In this document: positions 59,060 through 64,000 of the stretch, one piece after another
Layout of the letters: every line of letters begins with the position of its first letter
Position numbering within the stretch: the first letter of the stretch is position 1
NCBI GenBank assembly: GCA_963977015.1
Contig: CAXBMO010000013.1
Span: 32,001 to 96,000, forward strand
Length of the DNA stretch: 64,000 nucleotides
Reading direction: 5' to 3'
From: an uncultured bacterium
GTDB taxonomy: Bacteria; Verrucomicrobiota; Verrucomicrobiia; Verrucomicrobiales; DEV007
The notes under the pieces: model-generated
Database searches by the model: none
Seen by the model: only the letters and a program-made list of their open reading frames with translations
Told to the model about the DNA's origin: nothing
Made by a program: the position numbers and the translations under genes

Positions 59060-60130
59060 TCAGCTCCCTACGTCGGGATAACTGCCCAGAATCTTCACGA
59101 AATTGCAATGTCCACGGAGTTCATCCAGGGCTGTTTGCAGCTGGTCGTCAGTGCAGTGTGCTGCAACATCAACGTAGAAGAAATACTCCCACTTGGACTG
59201 GCGGTTGGGGCGACTCTCAATCTTTGAAAGATTGATGTGAAAGTGGTTAAACGGCTTCAAAGCCGAGAACAACGAGCCGGGTTGGTCGCGAACGCTGAAC
59301 ATGATCGAGGTGCGATCTGAGCCCGTCGGAGGACAGGTGCGATGGCCAATTACGAGGAACCTTGTGGCATTATTCGCGTTATCTTGGATACTTTGCTCCA
59401 AAAGCTCCAAGCCGTGAAGTTCCGCCAGCAGGGCGCCTCCCAGTGCTCCTGATTCGGGATCGTTTTTCGCCAACTCGGCAGCTTTTGCGGTTGAGGACAC
59501 TTCGATCGTTTCGCCATTAAAAAAGCTTTCCGCCAGCCATCGACGGCATTGCCCAAAAACCTGCGGATGGGAATAAAGCTTGGTGATCTTTTCTTTCGGA
59601 ACTTTGGACAGCAAGTTGTTCTCGATGGGAAGGAGAATTTGCGCACAGATCTGAAGCGGAGAGGTCGCGAACAAGTCGAGGGTGTGATTGACGGCGCCCT
59701 CGGTCGAATTCTCAATGGGAACGACGCCATAGCCGGCTTTCTTGCGTTCAACCTGGTCAAAGACGTCCGCAAGGCTGCTCTGGGGAAGGTATTCGACGCT
59801 ATTTCCAAATTTGCTGATCGCGGCCTGATGGGTCCACGTGCCTTCAGGACCAAGAAAGGCGATTTTCAAATCCTCTTCCAAAGCCAGCGCCGCTGACATG
59901 ATTTCCCGGTAAATGGCTCGAATTGAACGCTCGCTCAGGCGGCCTTCGCTCTTGGCGACGAGGGCTTTGAGGAGTTTCTCTTCTCTCTCGGGCGCATAAA
60001 TTTCCAAGCCCCCCCGCTTTTTGATTTCCCCGACTTCATGCACGAGATCAGCTCTCTCGTTCAGCAAGGCGAGAAGTTGGGAGTCGATCTTGTCGATCTG
60101 AATTCGGATTTTACCCAGTGGGTCGGCCAT
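59060..60130 (-). CDS. pheA: Chorismate mutase / prephenate dehydratase
   Basis: IRIQIDKID...ER (CM), LGPEGT, VPIENSTEG, TRF, KIESRP (ACT); ATG 60130. Confidence 0.95.
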   Translation of the reverse strand: MADPLGKIRIQIDKIDSQLLALLNERADLVHEVGEIKKRGGLEIYAPEREEKLLKALVAKSEGRLSERSIRAIYREIMSAALALEEDLKIAFLGPEGTWTHQAAISKFGNSVEYLPQSSLADVFDQVERKKAGYGVVPIENSTEGAVNHTLDLFATSPLQICAQILLPIENNLLSKVPKEKITKLYSHPQVFGQCRRWLAESFFNGETIEVSSTAKAAELAKNDPESGALGGALLAELHGLELLEQSIQDNANNATRFLVIGHRTCPPTGSDRTSIMFSVRDQPGSLFSALKPFNHFHINLSKIESRPNRQSKWEYFFYVDVAAHCTDDQLQTALDELRGHCNFVKILGSYPDVGS

Positions 60131-60134
60131 GTGG

Positions 60135-60827
60135 TTATTCGGATACCTCCGTTGGTTGAGTTGGTTGGACTTCGGCAAGTTCCAGCTGTTGTTCTTGCTG
60201 GTCGCTTTTGCTTCCGTCTTCGTTTTCGGCTCCCGGAAGCTTTACTGATCGCAATTCGGCTGCATTTGGGAGGTCGTCCACCGTTTTGATGCCGAAATGC
60301 TCCATAAAAAGCTCGGTGGTCCCATACAGGAGCGGCCGGCCGGGCAAATCGGCTTTTCCGACAATCGTGATCAAGCCGCGATCGATAATCTTATTCATTA
60401 CGCCATCGACACTCACCCCGCGAACCGCCTCGATGTCGGATTTGGTGATGGGCTGCCGATAGGCAATGATGGCGAGTGTTTCGAGAGCTGGCGGGCTGAG
60501 TTTGGCGGGTTTGTGGCCGGGAAAAAGCTCGCGAATCCAGTCTGCGAATTCCGGTTGTGAAGCCATTCTCCAACCACAAGGGCCTTCCACGATCCGAAAC
60601 GCCCGCCCCGTCTGCTCGTATTCCAGGTTGAGAGTGCTGATCGCCGTTTCTACGTCTTTTGGTTTTGCCACGAAACCGACAGATGAGCTGCTGCCGTTTT
60701 CTGGCGGATCAGAATCCGGCGCGTCTTCATCTTCGAGCTTTCGCTGAATGCACTGGGCCAATTCTTTGGCAGAAATGGGTTCAGGGCAGGCAAAAAGCAG
60801 CGCTTCGATGATGGTTTTCAGCTCCAT
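60135..60827 (-). CDS. scpB: SMC-Scp complex subunit ScpB
   Basis: IEALLFA, LSPPALETLAIIAYRQPITK, RGV, GRPLLYGTT; ATG 60827. Confidence 0.95.
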   Translation of the reverse strand: MELKTIIEALLFACPEPISAKELAQCIQRKLEDEDAPDSDPPENGSSSSVGFVAKPKDVETAISTLNLEYEQTGRAFRIVEGPCGWRMASQPEFADWIRELFPGHKPAKLSPPALETLAIIAYRQPITKSDIEAVRGVSVDGVMNKIIDRGLITIVGKADLPGRPLLYGTTELFMEHFGIKTVDDLPNAAELRSVKLPGAENEDGSKSDQQEQQLELAEVQPTQPTEVSE

Positions 60828-60852
60828 TCGTCGGAAGTTCAGCTTCAAAACG

Positions 60853-62016
60853 CTAAATTCCAGAGCAAATATCCCGAATCGCGGTTGCGAGTCCCTGGAT
60901 CTGTTCCGTTGCATGCGCTGAACTCAGGGAGATACGGAGCCGCTCGGTCCCGCGTGGCACGGTAGGGAAACGGATTGCAGGAACCAAAAAACCACGCTCC
61001 TTCAATCGATTGCTGGCCGATAGTGCTGCGTCGGAGTCGCCCAGAATGTGTGGTCGAACCGCGCTTTGCGAAGCGGGAGTATCCGGAAGCAATTGGTTGA
61101 GAGCTTCAATGTTGTTCTGGAGAGCCTCCCTTCTTCGATCCCCTTCATCGCTCCGGATGAGCCGAATTGATTGAGTCGCGGCGCCGGCAACGGCGGGTGG
61201 CGGCGCTGTTGAGTAGATGAAGCTGCGAGCTCGGTTGATGAGCAAATCAACCCAGTCTTCTTTCGCGGCGATGTATCCTCCGGCTACGCCAATCGCTTTA
61301 CTGAGAGTTCCCATGGCAAAATCCACGGATTCATTGACGCCGAGGTGATCCGCCAAACCGCGTCCTTCAGGGCCGATCACGCCAACCGCATGGGCTTCAT
61401 CCAGGAGGAGGAGTGCGCCAAATTGTTGCTTGAGTTGGGCAATTTGAACAAGCGGTGCAAAATCGCCATCCATGCTGAAAACAGACTCGGTCGCAATGAG
61501 GATCCGACTTTGCGGCGAGGCTTTGCCCCGGGCCCAGGTGAGGTGTTTTTCGAGCCGATTCAGGTCGTTGTGGGGAAAAACCCGAATCGTCGCACCGCTG
61601 AGTCTGGCTCCATCGATCAAACACGCGTGGCAAAGCTTGTCGAGAATGACGAAGTCGTCCTTTCCCAGAATGGAAGTGAGTGTGCCGACCGCAGCCGCGT
61701 ATCCGGACGAAAAGGCCAACGCGCGTTCCGTTCGCTTGAAGTCCGCCAGTTCCAGCTCGAGCCCTTCATGGGCGGGATTGGTGCCCGAGATCAATCGGGA
61801 AGCACCAGCGCCAACCCCATGGAGGTCGATCGCGGAATGAAATGCCTGTTTGAGCTCTTCGGATTGCGCCAGTCCGAGGTAATCATTCGAGGCAAATTGA
61901 ACGTAGGTTTGCCCCGCGAGTTGGAGTTCGGCGCCGTTGTTGGTAACGGTTCGAGTTTGCCGAAACAGCTTTTCGGCTCTGATGGAATCCAACTCGTCGG
62001 CGGGCTCGCGCATCAA
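60853..62016 (-). CDS. bioF: 8-amino-7-oxononanoate synthase (PLP alpha-oxoamine synthase)
   Basis: FASNDYLGL, GASRLISG, ESVFSMDGD, DEAH, GTLSKA, FIYSTA, PTVP. Confidence 0.85.
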   Translation of the reverse strand: MMREPADELDSIRAEKLFRQTRTVTNNGAELQLAGQTYVQFASNDYLGLAQSEELKQAFHSAIDLHGVGAGASRLISGTNPAHEGLELELADFKRTERALAFSSGYAAAVGTLTSILGKDDFVILDKLCHACLIDGARLSGATIRVFPHNDLNRLEKHLTWARGKASPQSRILIATESVFSMDGDFAPLVQIAQLKQQFGALLLLDEAHAVGVIGPEGRGLADHLGVNESVDFAMGTLSKAIGVAGGYIAAKEDWVDLLINRARSFIYSTAPPPAVAGAATQSIRLIRSDEGDRRREALQNNIEALNQLLPDTPASQSAVRPHILGDSDAALSASNRLKERGFLVPAIRFPTVPRGTERLRISLSSAHATEQIQGLATAIRDICSGI

Positions 62017-62900
62017 ATTTCCTCAACATCCAATGCCCAATGGAGGAGAGCTCGAGAGTCCTCCCAAATATCGGGGACCTGACTTCCCAGGACCACGCAA
62101 ATGACTCGTTGGATTCCCTTTTGTCCGACTGAGACGAGGCATCTGCCTGCTGGAACGGTGTAGCCGGTTTTCATTCCCTGGCAGTAGGGCGTCATTCTCA
62201 AAACCTTGTTCGTATTGTAAATGACCTTTTGTCGGCCGTCTGGAAATGAAAAGACAATTTCCCGCGTCCCGGAAAACCGCCGGATCGTCGAGTTATTGTA
62301 AGCGTGAGTCGCCAGAGTTGCGATATCGTGAGCCGTCGAATATTGCCCAGCGGCGGTCAGACCGTGGGGATTCACGAAGCGCGAGTTGTTCATGCCGAGT
62401 TGCCGGGCCTTGGCGTTCATCTGCTGAACAAAGGCGGCTTCGCTGCCCGATTCATTTCGCGCGAGGCATTTCGCGATATCATTGCTACTGCGCACGATCA
62501 TCGCTTCAAGCAAGTCCCGCTTCCGGTAGCGTTCGCCCGCGCTAATGCCCATTTTGGTGGGTTCCACGTAGGTATCGCTTGCTGATACCGTCACCGTTCG
62601 CTCCAGATTTCCTCCCTCCAGCAGCACCAATGCCGTCAATAACTTCTGGGTGCTGGCCACCGCTCTGCGCTGGTTTCCATTCTTCTCCAAAAGGATTTCG
62701 CCCGTTCGGGGATTGATGACGACATAGGCCTCGGCGTGGACGGAAGGCGGCGCGGTTTTGACAAGAGTCTGTTCAGGTTCCGGGGGTGCCGGAGCGGCTG
62801 GAGTTACCTTGAAAGTCTGACCGTCTCCCGGAGATGAGGTCTCGCAGCTGAGGAGAGGCAGAAAAAGGACGCAGAGGGTGAGTGGAAAAACAGGCTTCAT
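62013..62900 (-). CDS. D-alanyl-D-alanine carboxypeptidase (peptidase S11), lipoprotein
   Basis: Lipobox LLS-C; STQK, SSN, NPHGL, KTG. Confidence 0.9.
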   Translation of the reverse strand: MKPVFPLTLCVLFLPLLSCETSSPGDGQTFKVTPAAPAPPEPEQTLVKTAPPSVHAEAYVVINPRTGEILLEKNGNQRRAVASTQKLLTALVLLEGGNLERTVTVSASDTYVEPTKMGISAGERYRKRDLLEAMIVRSSNDIAKCLARNESGSEAAFVQQMNAKARQLGMNNSRFVNPHGLTAAGQYSTAHDIATLATHAYNNSTIRRFSGTREIVFSFPDGRQKVIYNTNKVLRMTPYCQGMKTGYTVPAGRCLVSVGQKGIQRVICVVLGSQVPDIWEDSRALLHWALDVEEI

Positions 62901-63682
62901 GGAGTCTTTGAGACTTCGTCAGGGCCATCCTTCGGCTTATTTGGCTTAGGATTCAACCTTTCCTCGATACGAACGCTCGGTTCTTCTCCGTAATCGATTG
63001 CCGCGTAGTAATGTCTGCGGGCCAACTCGATTAAAGGTGGTGAGCGATCGAGGTACATCACTGCCAGGTTGTAGTGAGCGCTTCCGTAAGTCGGATCCAG
63101 AAGCAACGCGCGCTGCAATTCGGTCTCCGCGCCAAGAATCCAGCCCAGGTCACGAATCGTCACTCCAAGCAGGTTGTGAATTCTTGGGTCGCCGGGTTCT
63201 TCGTGCAATGCCCGGGAAAGGGCCGATACGGCGAGGTGGGTCTGGCCCTTTTTGCGATAAATCAGGCCCAAGGTCATCCAGTTTTGAGCAATCGCGGGAT
63301 TAATCTGGGTCGCCTTCGTCAGAAGCTTCTCCGCTTCGGCCACATTTCCGAGCCGGTATTCAACCGTGCCCAGATTGCTGAGCGCGAGAGCATTGTCCGG
63401 AGCCAATTTCAGCATGTCGGTGTAGGCTTTCTTGGCTGTTGGCCAGTCCAGGTCAGCTGAAGCAAGTGCTCCGGCTTTCGCGAGCTCTTCCGTGCCCTTG
63501 GGAAGTTTCCCCGATTCTTTCGGATTCAACCCGACCTGGAGGCCGGTCGGGTTCGTCGTAGGCTTTGCCAAAATCTCCTCCTCACCGGTTCTGGTTTCGG
63601 TGGCAGCCTCTTGAGCGTGAGAGACTTCGTTCAAGAGGAGGGTGAGGAGTAGGGCAGGGAGAAAACGGTGGAGAGAAAACAT
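62897..63682 (-). CDS. Secreted TPR protein
   Basis: Signal peptide from ATG 63682; several TPRs (ALSNLG, IHNLLG, AHYNLA). Confidence 0.85.
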   Translation of the reverse strand: MFSLHRFLPALLLTLLLNEVSHAQEAATETRTGEEEILAKPTTNPTGLQVGLNPKESGKLPKGTEELAKAGALASADLDWPTAKKAYTDMLKLAPDNALALSNLGTVEYRLGNVAEAEKLLTKATQINPAIAQNWMTLGLIYRKKGQTHLAVSALSRALHEEPGDPRIHNLLGVTIRDLGWILGAETELQRALLLDPTYGSAHYNLAVMYLDRSPPLIELARRHYYAAIDYGEEPSVRIEERLNPKPNKPKDGPDEVSKTP

Positions 63683-63744
63683 AGCTAACAAAAGACCTTG
63701 GCTAAATATTCTGATTTTGAGTTGCAATAGTTAGGATATTTCAT

Positions 63745-63762
63745 AGTGTTCGCAGGAACACT
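63745..63762. promoter_or_regulatory. LexA (SOS) operator, TGTTC-N4-GAACA
   Basis: Palindrome AGTGTTC-gcag-GAACACT 11 nt before the lexA ATG, overlapping a putative -10 (TAGTGT 63744-49; -35 TTGCAA 63722-27). Confidence 0.85.
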
Positions 63763-63773
63763 CCTTCTTCATT

Positions 63774-64000
63774 ATGCTCACAGACCGCCAGCAACAACTC
63801 TTGGATTTCTTGCATCAGTACTATCTTGAGACTGGCATAATGCCTTCGACGCGGGAAATTCAAAACCATTTTGGTTTCTCTAGTCAAACTGCGGCGGTGA
63901 GCCATTTAAAGGCGCTTGAAAAAAAGGGTGTCATTCAAAGGCTTCCCGGAAAAGCCAGAGCAGTTATTTTCTCTGATCAGTTTGCTCCTGCGGCCAAAGA
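63774..64000 (+). CDS. lexA: LexA repressor, N-terminal DNA-binding domain (truncated by window end)
   Basis: Not in ORF track. MLTDRQQQLLDFL...MPSTREIQNHFGFSSQTAAVSHLKALEKKGVIQRLPGKARA. Confidence 0.93.
   Translation, partial: MLTDRQQQLLDFLHQYYLETGIMPSTREIQNHFGFSSQTAAVSHLKALEKKGVIQRLPGKARAVIFSDQFAPAAK

Noticed and set aside
60853-62016. bioF as an alpha-oxoamine synthase releasing the PKS product
   Set aside because: Separated from the PKS by scpB and pheA, looks like ordinary BioF, and the megasynthase has its own terminal domain
1-64000. CRISPR arrays, rRNA, tRNA, transposases, prophage or defence systems
   Set aside because: No spaced repeats, cloverleafs or diagnostic motifs seen by eye; intergenic gaps are mostly short. 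An automated scan was not possible

Overview
Gene-dense bacterial chromosomal window, probably Verrucomicrobiota: the lexA gene at the right edge has a TGTTC-N4-GAACA palindrome, the LexA box described for that phylum. Most genes are housekeeping or envelope genes (cysK, glgP, hemB, miaA, lipA, pheA, scpB, bioF, a D,D-carboxypeptidase, a Bat/VWA locus split in two, and a LolD/LolE/LolA-like ABC unit). The stand-out feature is a solitary 4019-aa hybrid PKS-NRPS (KS-AT-DH-cMT-ER-KR-ACP-C-A[Gly-like]-PCP). It ends in a ~380-aa domain resembling cyanobacterial acyl-ACP reductase rather than a thioesterase or SDR-type reductase. Other oddities: a trypsin-like protease fused to a SirB1-type domain, a copper-monooxygenase-fold/TPR protein lacking most metal ligands, a FecR-TpsA pair with no TpsB, an orphan HicB, and a highly base-paired intergenic region upstream of an RRM gene. 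I saw no rRNA, tRNA, CRISPR array or transposase. All calls come from reading motifs by eye; no database searches were run.
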